The translations under genes and the position numbers were made by a program. The notes under the pieces were generated by a model. It made no database searches. It worked only from the letters and a program-made list of their open reading frames with translations, and was not told where the DNA came from. A stretch of 64,000 bases of DNA from Candidatus Ratteibacteria bacterium (GTDB taxonomy: Bacteria > Ratteibacteria > UBA8468 > B48-G9 > DTJG01): NCBI GenBank assembly GCA_041656495.1, contig JBBADJ010000001.1, positions 2,388 to 66,387 on the forward strand, written 5' to 3'. Position 1 is the first letter of the stretch. Every line of letters starts with the position of its first letter. This document shows positions 28,147-38,142 of this stretch, one piece after another.

Positions 28147-30217
28147 TTCGCACATCCTCTTCCCGAATAAAGGAAAAATCGGCAAATTTTAGAAAAAGAT
28201 CGTTAAAGAGTGAAAGAAGAGATAGTCTGTTCTTTTGAACTGTTAGATCAGGCGTCATCACAAGGACTTTATCAAAAAATCGGTCTATGGGATCTTTGAG
28301 TTGAAAAAGAATCTCAAGAAATGAGGCGAAATCTTCCACAGAGAGAACCTCTTTCATTCTATCGGAACTCTTCTGATAGGTTTCTAAAAGATCTTTTTCT
28401 TCCTTTTCTATCATATAAGCGGGGTTAAAAGGCTCTTTTTGATAGCCCGAGGTCCGTGCCTGTTTCAATATGTTGGCGATACGAGTAAAAGGAAGAAAGA
28501 TGGTTTCAGGAGAAACCGCATTAGAGATAAAATGAGTAAGGGCCTCTATTTTTCGGCGTGCGCCTGATACGTTTAAATGTTCAACCGAAAGAACCGCCTG
28601 ACGCAAGCCCCGTGGAATTTCTTCAGATGCAAAGAACGCATCAAGTCGGTGAAGAAGAAAGTCTTCCTGCCTTAAAAAAGTAGGATCGCCTTCAGAGAGC
28701 CCAAAGAGAGTCAATGCTTCCCGGGAAAGATCTGTGAGATCAATCCTGTTTCCAGACTCTTGCAAAAGCATAAAAAGCGTGTTCGCAACCCGCCTAAGGC
28801 CATAAGGATCTTCAGAACTGGAGAAAGGAGAAGATTCATCGGCAAAAAAAGCTGACAAATATTCAATCCTGTCAATGATTCCCAATGCTATTGCCACTGG
28901 GTCTGAAGGAAGGGAATCTCCTAAATTTCTAGGTTTCATATAACCCGAAAGGGGAAGAGATACTTCAGGGGGTTCTCCTGCCGCAGTAGCATAGAGAGAA
29001 CCCATTGTTCCATGAAGAACAGGAAACTCGCGTACCATCTCGGAAGCTAAATCGTGTTTACAGATTGCCGCAGAACGGCAAAGGGCATCGTGTAAGAGAG
29101 AATCGGGAAGAAATCTCTTTGCAAAATAGGAAGCAAGCGTACGAAGACGAAGAACCCTATCGGCCACTGATCCCCACTTCGGGTGGAAAAGAATCGCACC
29201 CAATTTTTCTTCAAAAGAGTGAAAAGGTTTTGCGAGATCTGTTTTATAGAAAAATTCCGCATCAAGAATTCTTGTATGAATAAGACGCTGATAATTCTCT
29301 CTACAAAGCGAAGTGTTACATCCATCGGTAATAATCAAAAATTGGCCTCCGAGTCCGCCATTTTTACGTAAGGGAATACCTTTTGCATTGGCAATGACGA
29401 TCTCTAATACAGGTGAAGGAATCTTTTTTGCATCAGAAGGAAGATCGCAACGGATAGCCACAGGATATTCTACAAGGTTTACAACCGCCTCTCTCGCTTC
29501 TTCTAAAACTGTTTCTTCAGGGGCAAGAAGAGATTCACAGAGATCTCGGATCTTCTCGGAACGTTCAATAGGATCAAGAATAACAGACCCTTTTCTGATC
29601 TGATCAAAATAATCCTCGCATCCGCGCACCTTTAATTTTCCCGAAGAAAGAAAAGGATGGCCGAACGTCCATCGCGCAGAAGAGACATAACCAAACGAAA
29701 GAGGAAGCAACCTGCTGTCCCACAAAGCAAGAAGCCAGCGAACAGGCCTAAAAAAGGTAAAGTCCGATCCATCCCATCTCATGGCTCTAGGTATTTCAAG
29801 AGAAGAGATTGCCTCGGAAACAATGTCGGGAAGTAACTTTACCGAAGGAATCGGACGTACTTTTTTTACAAGGGAAACAATCTTCTTTCCATGCGCTGAC
29901 TCTAAGAAGAGTTTTTCAAGAGAAACTCCGTGGGCTTTTGCGAAATGTACTGCTTGCGGCAAAGTTCGGAACGAACTTTCTAAAGAAGGATCTATCCTTG
30001 GACCAGATACTTTTTTTGTTTCAGCGGGCGTAGAAAGAGGAATGCCGCGAGCACAGAGAGTAATTCGGCGACAGGTATACAAAAGATCGCAGGAGACGCA
30101 TGAAAGTTTTTTCGCCTCCAATGCCGCAATAAAAGCAGGCACAAATTGTGCGCGAAACGTTTCACCGGTCCAAGAAGGAAGGTCTTCACATCCGATTTCA
30201 AGTAGAAATGTTTTCAT
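28130..30217 (-). CDS. glyS: Glycine--tRNA ligase beta subunit
   Basis: MKTFLLEIGCEDLPSW at the N-terminus, 695 aa, DPYGLRR motif. Confidence 0.92.
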   Translation of the reverse strand: MKTFLLEIGCEDLPSWTGETFRAQFVPAFIAALEAKKLSCVSCDLLYTCRRITLCARGIPLSTPAETKKVSGPRIDPSLESSFRTLPQAVHFAKAHGVSLEKLFLESAHGKKIVSLVKKVRPIPSVKLLPDIVSEAISSLEIPRAMRWDGSDFTFFRPVRWLLALWDSRLLPLSFGYVSSARWTFGHPFLSSGKLKVRGCEDYFDQIRKGSVILDPIERSEKIRDLCESLLAPEETVLEEAREAVVNLVEYPVAIRCDLPSDAKKIPSPVLEIVIANAKGIPLRKNGGLGGQFLIITDGCNTSLCRENYQRLIHTRILDAEFFYKTDLAKPFHSFEEKLGAILFHPKWGSVADRVLRLRTLASYFAKRFLPDSLLHDALCRSAAICKHDLASEMVREFPVLHGTMGSLYATAAGEPPEVSLPLSGYMKPRNLGDSLPSDPVAIALGIIDRIEYLSAFFADESSPFSSSEDPYGLRRVANTLFMLLQESGNRIDLTDLSREALTLFGLSEGDPTFLRQEDFLLHRLDAFFASEEIPRGLRQAVLSVEHLNVSGARRKIEALTHFISNAVSPETIFLPFTRIANILKQARTSGYQKEPFNPAYMIEKEEKDLLETYQKSSDRMKEVLSVEDFASFLEILFQLKDPIDRFFDKVLVMTPDLTVQKNRLSLLSLFNDLFLKFADFSFIREEDVRNVTQR

Positions 30218-31269
30218 GTTTTTTTATTAGGACGAACAGTGGAAGGAATTATATCCAATTTTTCCTTTTTTGACAAATAAAGAAGGGATAAAAGTGCCGC
30301 AAAAATATGAAAAAGCCATGGTGCCGCCCACCAGGGAATCATACTGTTTTTACCGAGAGAAATTCCCATCTGAAAAGAAAGATAGGCGAGAAGAGAGAGC
30401 GAAAAACCCGCAACAATAGTATAGGAACGAGAAAGTTTTTTTCGTATATAAAGAAAAGGAAGAAGGAGAAGGGAAAGAAAAAAATTGAGAAGGGGATAAC
30501 TTACTTTTTCCCAAAGAGTAATCCATTCTCTTCTAGGAACAATTCCTACCTTTGAAAGATTCTTCAGTGCCGCGTACAGGGTGAAAAAAGGGGTCTGTTC
30601 AGGATCTGAAACAAACCAAGAAAAAGCCTTACCGAGATTCACGGGAAATTCCACCCTTGTCTCTTCAAAATAGTGTTCTGGATCGTTCCGATCTTCTATG
30701 CTTCGTACAGTCCCCGCGGAGAGAATCAGTGTATCACCCTCAATTTTTGCGGAAGGTGCAAAATATACCCGCGTTCCCTGCGGCTCCAACATCACCAACA
30801 TCACCTCTTCAAGTCTTTCTCGGGAATGATGACGTTCTGCCCATACCACCATCTGATCAGTCGCAAAGGCAAGAGAAGAACTCTTTTTTTCCAATGGGAA
30901 AGAAGGAGAAAAAGAGATGTTTCCCGCTACAAACGCAAGAAGAGTAGTACAAAGAGAAAAGAAGATACAAACAGAATAAATCTCTAAAGAACGTATTCCA
31001 TTTATTTCAAAAATACGGAGTTCGCGGTTCCGTTCCATGGTTCCCATCACAAAAAGAATGGTTAATACTGTAATAAGAGGAGTAATGGTTCTCACCACAG
31101 AAGGGATTTCCGCGAAAAATAGTCTCCATGAAAAAAGAGAGCCTTTACGAAGAAAAGAAGAAAAATCGCCTATTAGCTGAAAGAGCGAGAAAAGAGCGAT
31201 ACAGGCAATAAAAAAGAGTGCAAAATATACCAAGACCTGAAAAAAAACATAGCGTTTTTTACGAGACAT
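30214..31269 (-). CDS. LptF/LptG-family LPS export permease (second of a pair)
   Basis: 351 aa with 6 TM segments and a central periplasmic beta-jellyroll-like insert. Overlaps glyS (4 nt) and the preceding paralog (11 nt). Confidence 0.7.
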   Translation of the reverse strand: MSRKKRYVFFQVLVYFALFFIACIALFSLFQLIGDFSSFLRKGSLFSWRLFFAEIPSVVRTITPLITVLTILFVMGTMERNRELRIFEINGIRSLEIYSVCIFFSLCTTLLAFVAGNISFSPSFPLEKKSSSLAFATDQMVVWAERHHSRERLEEVMLVMLEPQGTRVYFAPSAKIEGDTLILSAGTVRSIEDRNDPEHYFEETRVEFPVNLGKAFSWFVSDPEQTPFFTLYAALKNLSKVGIVPRREWITLWEKVSYPLLNFFLSLLLLPFLYIRKKLSRSYTIVAGFSLSLLAYLSFQMGISLGKNSMIPWWAAPWLFHIFAALLSLLYLSKKEKLDIIPSTVRPNKKT

Positions 31270-32332
31270 AAAAAAAGCGTCTCCTTAAGAAAAAAAGAGA
31301 AAGAACCCATATTCCCGGAAGAAGCCAGAAGATCGCAAGGCTTCCTGTTTGATAGACCAAAGCTTCTCCTAAAAGAAGAAGATAAAATGCGCAGAGCCCC
31401 ACACCAGCGCCAGCGCCTACCACCATCATCATATTTGAAATTCTCATCCAAACACCAAGGTAATATCCGGTAAAAAGCAAAAGAAAGGGAAGAAGAAGAA
31501 AGAAAAACCGACGTTCTAATTCAAAAAGCGCAGGAAGACGATCCTGCGAGGAGATAGCAAGAAGTCCAAAAAAAAAGGATTCTGCCACAGTCCTGTCCGA
31601 AATCTTTCTCTTCGCAACTTGAAGCGGCACTATCAACCGATAGGTAGCAAATTCAGATCGAGCAAGCGCCTTTCCCTCGCGAACAGAGGCCGCAAAAATC
31701 TTGCCGTCTAAAAGTCGTAAGAGAAGGTTTCCTTGAGAGTTCACTGAAGCAGTGGCCTCTTTCGCCGCTATAGTAAGGACAATATTGTCAGCATCTCTAT
31801 TGGAAAGAACAATGTTTTTCATACGGACTCCTTCAATGCCTCCGATATATACCGTAGTATCCCGGGTAATCTTTACAAGAGAGCGTGGTTGAAAAAGTTT
31901 TATCGGATTTATAATCGCCGAGGCGCTGATAAGGGTTCGTTTCATAAATTTTACCTGCGGTACTATAAAAAAAAGTGAAACCAAAAGAAGAAGCGAACAA
32001 AGACCGGCAAGAGGAATAAAAGTATGGAGAATTAAAGAGCCTCGGATGCCAGAAACAGGAAAAATGATAAACTCTCTATCAGAATGCATACGCGCCACTA
32101 CCGCAAAGATTGCAATGAAAAAGCTAAGAAGTAGCAGATAGGCACTTACTTCCAAAAAAGCAAAAAGGAAAAAAGCGGTTATTCCCGCAAAAGAAAAGAA
32201 ATGGCTTACCATAAGATCAATAAGAAGAAAAAGAGGTTTTATAAGAAAAAGAACCATGAGGATTCCAATCGCAACATACCAGTTTTTCAGAAACTCCCCA
32301 TACAAAAACCGAGATTTATTTTTAATCCTCAT
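31259..32332 (-). CDS. LptF/LptG-family LPS export permease (first of a pair)
   Basis: 357 aa with the same YjgP/YjgQ-like topology. Confidence 0.7.
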   Translation of the reverse strand: MRIKNKSRFLYGEFLKNWYVAIGILMVLFLIKPLFLLIDLMVSHFFSFAGITAFFLFAFLEVSAYLLLLSFFIAIFAVVARMHSDREFIIFPVSGIRGSLILHTFIPLAGLCSLLLLVSLFFIVPQVKFMKRTLISASAIINPIKLFQPRSLVKITRDTTVYIGGIEGVRMKNIVLSNRDADNIVLTIAAKEATASVNSQGNLLLRLLDGKIFAASVREGKALARSEFATYRLIVPLQVAKRKISDRTVAESFFFGLLAISSQDRLPALFELERRFFFLLLPFLLLFTGYYLGVWMRISNMMMVVGAGAGVGLCAFYLLLLGEALVYQTGSLAIFWLLPGIWVLSLFFLRRRFFYVS

Positions 32333-32361
32333 AACAAATACCTCCTACCAGGATCTCCCTG

Positions 32362-32979
32362 ATGTTACATCATATCACAACGGTTATCTTCCCGGAAAGA
32401 TGTAGTGGGTGCCAAAAAATCAGTAGAAGTTTTCAGTATGGATTCTGTCCTGACTGCTGGAACCGTATCATACTTCTGAAAAGACCCGAAGGAACCATCG
32501 CATCTCTCGCTCGTTTTGAAGGACCGGTTCGCAATGCAATCCATTCTTTAAAATACCAAAGGGCAAAATGGATCTCTGTCTCTCTCTCGCAGTGGATGGC
32601 CGAGACCTTAATTCAATGGAATTATAGAGATTTTGATATGATTGTTCCGGTTCCTCTGCACTGGAATAAGGAGTTCTCCAGAGGGTTTAATCAAAGCTGG
32701 TTCATTGCCGCGGAAGTGAGCGCCATTATAGGAATACCCGCACGCCATGGAGCAATAGGACGAAAACGAAATACCCTCGCTCAAACGCGTCTTACACAAT
32801 CTCAGAGGCAAAAAAACGTTAAGGGAGCGTTCCGCGCAAGGGATCTATCTGTTTCTGGGAAAAAAATACTTCTCGTGGATGATGTCCTTACCACTGGTTC
32901 CACCGTAAAAGAGACCCTTAGAGCCCTCCGAGAGGCAGGTGCAAAAAGAAGTATGGCCATTACTATCGCAAAAGCGTAA
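32362..32979 (+). CDS. comF: ComF-family protein (phosphoribosyltransferase domain)
   Basis: N-terminal Cys4 (CSGCQ...CPDCW) and KILLVDDVLTTGST, a PRPP-binding motif. Confidence 0.85.
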   Translation: MLHHITTVIFPERCSGCQKISRSFQYGFCPDCWNRIILLKRPEGTIASLARFEGPVRNAIHSLKYQRAKWISVSLSQWMAETLIQWNYRDFDMIVPVPLHWNKEFSRGFNQSWFIAAEVSAIIGIPARHGAIGRKRNTLAQTRLTQSQRQKNVKGAFRARDLSVSGKKILLVDDVLTTGSTVKETLRALREAGAKRSMAITIAKA

Positions 32980-33078
32980 CTCTTCTTTTCTGAAAATTGG
33001 GTGGTTGACGTTTCATCTGTTCCATACTATCCTTATTTTTTTCACAGAATTTCAAAGTATGACAAGGTTCTCTCGTTT

Positions 33079-33810
33079 ATGAAAATAATTACTCACAATA
33101 CCTATTGGTTTCAGGGATCTCCTTCAAGATGGGGAACAGAGAAGATCGCCGCGGTGCCCGAAGTGTTAGATAGACTTATATATTTATATGCTTCTGTAAA
33201 ACCCGATATTATATGCCTTCAGGAAGTACATACTGAAGAAATTGTAAAAAAAATCTCTTCCTCTCTCTCTATGAATTCATGGATATATGCGCCGGGAGGG
33301 ATCTTTCCAGAATATGGCGGATGTCTGCTATCCACTCAGAATATATCCCTACAAGATCTCTCCCGACACAACGGCAATCCAGAACATGAACGGGTCCATT
33401 TGCGAGCCCAGATCTCCACTCCAAAGGGACCTCTCATTCTCGCGGCTATCCATCTTCCCAGCAACCGGTTTACACCTTCAAAAGAAGAAGGAGAGAAGAA
33501 GAGAATTGAAGAGCTGAAGAAAATTCTTCACGATTCTTCCCGTCCTGATATCGTGGTGGGAGATATGAATGCAGTGGAAGGAAGCAAACCATACAGGTTT
33601 ATGAAAGAATCAGGGTACAGCGAAGCAGCGGAAATCACTGGGATCCCCGCAAAAGAACGACACGTTGATTATATGTGGATTGATGATACAATAAAAGATA
33701 GAGTTGTATCCTTTCAGGTTATTCATCAAGGCAATTTTTTACAGAAGACACCCGCAGGCGAAATCTGGCAACTCAGTGATCACCCCCCTTTGATTATGGA
33801 GGTAATATGA
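33079..33810 (+). CDS. Endonuclease/exonuclease/phosphatase (EEP) family protein
   Basis: MKIITHNTYWF, DIICLQEV, GDMNA, LSDHPPL. I prefer the start at M27; the track ORF starts at 33001. Confidence 0.8.
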   Translation: MKIITHNTYWFQGSPSRWGTEKIAAVPEVLDRLIYLYASVKPDIICLQEVHTEEIVKKISSSLSMNSWIYAPGGIFPEYGGCLLSTQNISLQDLSRHNGNPEHERVHLRAQISTPKGPLILAAIHLPSNRFTPSKEEGEKKRIEELKKILHDSSRPDIVVGDMNAVEGSKPYRFMKESGYSEAAEITGIPAKERHVDYMWIDDTIKDRVVSFQVIHQGNFLQKTPAGEIWQLSDHPPLIMEVI

Positions 33811-34550
33811 AATATCCAATAGTTTTTTGGGATGTGGGAGGAACTCTTTTTTCTCCGGAAAAACAGGACCATGATGGTTGTGATAAAATCCCGTCTCCTG
33901 CTGAAGTTCGCAAACAAAGGGCGTTTCGTGCGAAAAAGGTTCTCGCGATGTTCGGACATACAGTCCCCGAAGATTTGGAAAATCGGATAGATTCCCTACA
34001 TACCACTCTGTTAGAAAAGGAACAAGATCGATTCAGCCACATAATGCTCGCAGAAACTATATATAAAGAACTCGGGATTTCTTCTCGTGAAGAGACCTTT
34101 TATCTTGCCGATGCTATTGCGGGTCCCCGTTACCGTTGCTGGCTTTATAAAGGAGTTGAAAGTGCCTTACGCCAACTCTCAGAGGCAGGAATACGTATGG
34201 GAATTATCGCAAATACCTATCTTACAGAAAGAATGATGCGAACGGTTTTAGAAGGAGTCGGATTACTCCATTATTTTGAAACTGTGATATGTTCCTGTGA
34301 TGTGGAGGTTTCAAAACCCGATCCTCGTATATTCCAGAAAGCATTGGATAGACTTAATCTTCCCCAGGGACATGTTCCTTCCATCCTTTTTGTCGGAGAT
34401 ACGATAGAGTATGATGTAAAAGGAGCAAATTCTGTAGGTTGGGATGTCGCACTTCATCTTATCAATTCCGAACAGACCTGTGATACAGCTTCTCTGATAT
34501 TTCGCGAATATGATGAGTTAGTCTCCTTTGTTTTGTCAGAATCATCCTAA
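33807..34550 (+). CDS. HAD-superfamily hydrolase
   Basis: VFWDVGGTL (DxG variant of motif I), IIANT, VGDTIEYDVKGA. Confidence 0.7.
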   Translation: MKYPIVFWDVGGTLFSPEKQDHDGCDKIPSPAEVRKQRAFRAKKVLAMFGHTVPEDLENRIDSLHTTLLEKEQDRFSHIMLAETIYKELGISSREETFYLADAIAGPRYRCWLYKGVESALRQLSEAGIRMGIIANTYLTERMMRTVLEGVGLLHYFETVICSCDVEVSKPDPRIFQKALDRLNLPQGHVPSILFVGDTIEYDVKGANSVGWDVALHLINSEQTCDTASLIFREYDELVSFVLSESS

Positions 34551-34693
34551 AGCGAAAGAATCCGCGCCAAACCAGAAAAAAAAATAGGCATATCTCAAAA
34601 AAAATTACGATAGAACCGATAAGACCAAGTGGCGCAGATTAGCGAATTATAAGAGTCATTCAGAGAAAGGGAAGGGGAGAATAATTATTTTCC

Positions 34694-34721
34694 TTGACAG
34701 AGCGTTTCAAGAGAGTAAAAT
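34694..34721 (+). promoter_or_regulatory. Sigma70 promoter of the gap-pgk-tpiA-secG operon (TTGACA-N16-TAAAAT)
   Basis: tccTTGACAgagcgtttcaagagagTAAAATaaa, 55 nt upstream of the gap ATG. Confidence 0.65.
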
Positions 34722-34775
34722 AAATAGGACTATCTTTTCAGATATCATTCTCTATATCCAACCAAGGGAGGCATA

Positions 34776-35780
34776 ATGAGAGTTGCTATCAATGGTTTTG
34801 GTCGAATTGGAAGGCTTGTGTTACGAGCCGCGCTTGAAAAAAGTTATCCTGATATTGATATTGTCGCATTCAATGATCTCGCCGACACGAAGAGCAATGC
34901 CCATCTTTTCAAATACGATTCTAATTATGGTATCTATAATGGAACGGTGGAAGCCAAAGATAATAAGATTCTTATTGATGGAAAAGAGTTTGCGGTTAGT
35001 TCAGAGAGAGATCCCAAGAATCTTCCCTGGAAAGAAATGGAGATTGATGTGGTAGTGGAATCTACGGGATTTTTTACAGAAGCGGAGAAAGCAAAAGCCC
35101 ATCTTGAAGCCGGCGCGAAAAAGGTTCTTATTACTGCGCCCGCAAAAGGCGAAGATATTATGGTGGTCTTAGGAGTCAATGAGCAAGAGTATGACCCTGC
35201 AAAGCATGCCATTATTTCAAACGCATCTTGTACAACCAACTGTCTTGCTCCAATGGTAAAGGTTCTTGACGACAATTTTGGCGTTATCCGCGGGCTTATG
35301 ACTACAATACATGCCTATACCAATGACCAGAAAATTCTTGATTTCCCCCATAAAGATCTCCGAAGAGCGCGAGCAGCCGCTCTTTCTATGATACCTACCT
35401 CAACGGGTGCCGCTGTCGCAATCGGAAAAATTATGCCAAAACTCAATGGAAAACTGAACGGTCTGTCTCTTCGGGTTCCCACACCCACGGTATCAATTGT
35501 TGATTTTGTAGCGCACATTGAGAAGAAAACAGATAAAGAAAGCATCAATGCCGCAATGCAACAGGCGGCGGAAGGCGCTTTAAAAGGAATTCTTGACTAT
35601 TCCGATCTTCCATTAGTATCAAAAGATTTCACCAAGAATCCTCACTCCTGTATTTTTGACGCACCCTCCACCTACACTATAGACGGCGATTTTATTAAGG
35701 TCTTTGGATGGTATGACAATGAATGGGGATACAGCAATCGGGTTGTGGATCTTCTGAAAATTATCAAGGATAAATCCTAA
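34776..35780 (+). CDS. gap: Glyceraldehyde-3-phosphate dehydrogenase
   Basis: MRVAINGFGRIGR and SNASCTTNCLAP (catalytic Cys). Confidence 0.97.
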   Translation: MRVAINGFGRIGRLVLRAALEKSYPDIDIVAFNDLADTKSNAHLFKYDSNYGIYNGTVEAKDNKILIDGKEFAVSSERDPKNLPWKEMEIDVVVESTGFFTEAEKAKAHLEAGAKKVLITAPAKGEDIMVVLGVNEQEYDPAKHAIISNASCTTNCLAPMVKVLDDNFGVIRGLMTTIHAYTNDQKILDFPHKDLRRARAAALSMIPTSTGAAVAIGKIMPKLNGKLNGLSLRVPTPTVSIVDFVAHIEKKTDKESINAAMQQAAEGALKGILDYSDLPLVSKDFTKNPHSCIFDAPSTYTIDGDFIKVFGWYDNEWGYSNRVVDLLKIIKDKS

Positions 35781-35813
35781 CCAATCCTCCAATTTCACTA
35801 CAGGAGAGGGGCA

Positions 35814-37013
35814 ATGGATCTTGCAACAATTGAGGAAAGAGAGTATGCGGGAAAGAAGGTTTTTGTACGGGTTGACTTTAATGTTCCCCTTGACAAAAAT
35901 CTTGCAATCACCGATGACACAAGAATAGTCGCAGTCATTCCTACAATAGAATATCTGCTAAAAAAAGGCGCATCTCTTATTCTTGCGTCACATCTCGGAA
36001 GACCTCAGGGCGCTCCTTCAAAGGAGTTCTCTTTGAAACCTGTCGCACTCCGGCTTGCCGAACTTCTTCGCCGCCCAGTAACCTTTGCGGATGATTGCAT
36101 CGGAACAGAAGTAAAAAAGAGAGCGGAACAACTAAAATCCGGGGATATTCTTCTTCTTGAAAATCTTAGGTTTCATCCTGAGGAAGAGAAAAATGATAAG
36201 GAGTTTTCACGATCCCTTGCTTCGCTTGCGGATGCCTATGTGAACGATGCCTTTGGGACCTCTCACAGAGCCCATGCATCCATTACCGGCGTTCCATTCT
36301 TTCTTATTGATAAAGCCGCGGGCTTTCTTATTAAAAAAGAGGTAGAAGCTCTTTCAAGGATTCAGAATAACCCTGAACGTCCCCTCTTGGTAATTGTAGG
36401 AGGATCAAAAGCTTCCGATAAAATTGCCGTACTCAAAAAACTCATATCCAAGATAGATACGGTTCTTACCGGAGGAGTTGTTGCCTACACTTTTGTAAAA
36501 GCAAAAAACTGGGCTGTGGGAAATTCAAAGGTAGACGAGGCGGCTATTCCGAATGCAAAAGAAATAATCCGAATAACCTATAAACTTCATAATGAATTTC
36601 ATACACCTCTTGATCATCTCATTACCAACAAAGTCGCTGAAGATGGCGATGCTATTTTTACCGATAGAGGAACAGTTCCCAAGGGATGGACCGGTGTAGA
36701 TATCGGACCTCAGGCTATTGAAGAATATCGGGATTGTATCTCAAGAGCCAAGACTATTTTTTGGAACGGTCCTATGGGAATTTTTGAAATTCCTAAGTTT
36801 TCAAAAGGAACCATCGCCATCGCGAAAGCTGTTGCAGAAAGCAATGCCTATACAGTGGTCGGAGGAGGAGATTCCATTGCCGCAGTCCATATGGCAAACG
36901 TTGCGGATAAAATATCCCATATCTGTACCGGCGGCGGCGCGTCATTGGAATTTCTTGAAAAAAACAGCCTTCCCGGAATAGATGTACTTACCTTAAAGGA
37001 TACCACATCATGA
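35814..37013 (+). CDS. pgk: Phosphoglycerate kinase
   Basis: VFVRVDFNVPL, ILASHLGRP, GGGDS, STGGGASLEF-like end. Confidence 0.97.
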   Translation: MDLATIEEREYAGKKVFVRVDFNVPLDKNLAITDDTRIVAVIPTIEYLLKKGASLILASHLGRPQGAPSKEFSLKPVALRLAELLRRPVTFADDCIGTEVKKRAEQLKSGDILLLENLRFHPEEEKNDKEFSRSLASLADAYVNDAFGTSHRAHASITGVPFFLIDKAAGFLIKKEVEALSRIQNNPERPLLVIVGGSKASDKIAVLKKLISKIDTVLTGGVVAYTFVKAKNWAVGNSKVDEAAIPNAKEIIRITYKLHNEFHTPLDHLITNKVAEDGDAIFTDRGTVPKGWTGVDIGPQAIEEYRDCISRAKTIFWNGPMGIFEIPKFSKGTIAIAKAVAESNAYTVVGGGDSIAAVHMANVADKISHICTGGGASLEFLEKNSLPGIDVLTLKDTTS

Positions 37014-37777
37014 ACCCATCAAGAGTACCGCTTATTGCAGGAAACTGGAAGATGTATAAAACTCCTTCAGAAGCAGAATCGTTCGCGAAAGAACTGTTAC
37101 AAGAGATTCCTGAAAAAGCAGACAGGAATATTCTTATCTGTCCTAATTATCTTTCTTTAGGAATTGTAAAAAACATTCTTTCGGAGAGCCATATTTTAGT
37201 GGGAAGTCAGAATGTATTCCATAAAAGCGAAGGAGCGTTCACCGGTGAAACTTCTCCGGCAATGCTCCAAGATTTAGCGATTACCCACTCTCTCTGCGGA
37301 CATTCTGAACGTCGGGGCATCTTCGGAGAAACCGATGAAATGGTCTCATTAAAAGTAAAAGCTCTTCTTGACTATTCTATCGTGCCTATTCTCTGTGTAG
37401 GAGAAACAATTCAAGAACGAGAAGAAAACCAGACTCTTTCAATCATTAGACGCCAGTTAACAACTGGTCTGAAAGAAGTCCTTTCCGAGAAAGCAGGATC
37501 TGTCATTATCGCCTATGAACCCGTATGGGCTATCGGAACAGGAAAGACCGCAACACCGGAACAGGCGCAAGAAGTTCATGCTTTTATTAGGAAAGAACTC
37601 GCACAACTCTATCAAGAAGATATCTCTCGGAAAATTCCTATTCTCTACGGTGGAAGCGTAAAACCCGATAATATTGATATATTGATGTCTCAACCAGATA
37701 TTGACGGAGCTCTTGTGGGAGGAGCAAGTTTAAAGATTGACTCTTTTCTCCGTATCGTAGAGTTTCACGCACAGTGA
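37010..37777 (+). CDS. tpiA: Triosephosphate isomerase
   Basis: IAGNWKM, GHSERR, AYEPVWAIGTG, GGASL. Confidence 0.97.
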   Translation: MNPSRVPLIAGNWKMYKTPSEAESFAKELLQEIPEKADRNILICPNYLSLGIVKNILSESHILVGSQNVFHKSEGAFTGETSPAMLQDLAITHSLCGHSERRGIFGETDEMVSLKVKALLDYSIVPILCVGETIQEREENQTLSIIRRQLTTGLKEVLSEKAGSVIIAYEPVWAIGTGKTATPEQAQEVHAFIRKELAQLYQEDISRKIPILYGGSVKPDNIDILMSQPDIDGALVGGASLKIDSFLRIVEFHAQ

Positions 37778-37778
37778 G

Positions 37779-38138
37779 GTGGGTATGTATGCGTTTATAA
37801 TTATTTTTCATGCTATTGTTGGCGTTTTATTGATTGCAGTGGTTCTTCTCCAGAGCGGAAAAGGTTCTTCACTCGCCAATGTCTTTGGAGGTGGCGGAAT
37901 GGAGACAGTTTTTGGAGCTGAAACTCCTGCGATACTTAATAAAATAACTACTATTCTTGCGATTGTTTTTATGGTAAATTGCTTTATTCTTACCATCTTT
38001 AGCACAAAGATCGGATCTTCATCTCTTATCCAGAAAGAACTTCGGAAAATACCTCCGGCTTCTTCGGCTCCTGCGGCACCTTCCGCACCTGAAACTTCTC
38101 CGATTCCCGCAGAACCCGCTCCTGAACCTGCTCCTTAG
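37779..38138 (+). CDS. secG: Preprotein translocase subunit SecG with a Pro/Ala-rich tail
   Basis: VLLIAVVLLQSGKGS...FG, in the typical position after tpiA. The start is GTG 37779 or ATG 37785. Confidence 0.85.
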   Translation: MGMYAFIIIFHAIVGVLLIAVVLLQSGKGSSLANVFGGGGMETVFGAETPAILNKITTILAIVFMVNCFILTIFSTKIGSSSLIQKELRKIPPASSAPAAPSAPETSPIPAEPAPEPAP

Positions 38139-38142
38139 GAGT

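Noticed and set aside
28130-30217. glyS without an adjacent glyQ as an anomaly
   Set aside because: The alpha subunit can be encoded elsewhere. Nothing in the sequence suggests a fusion or pseudogene, so this is not noteworthy without the full genome.
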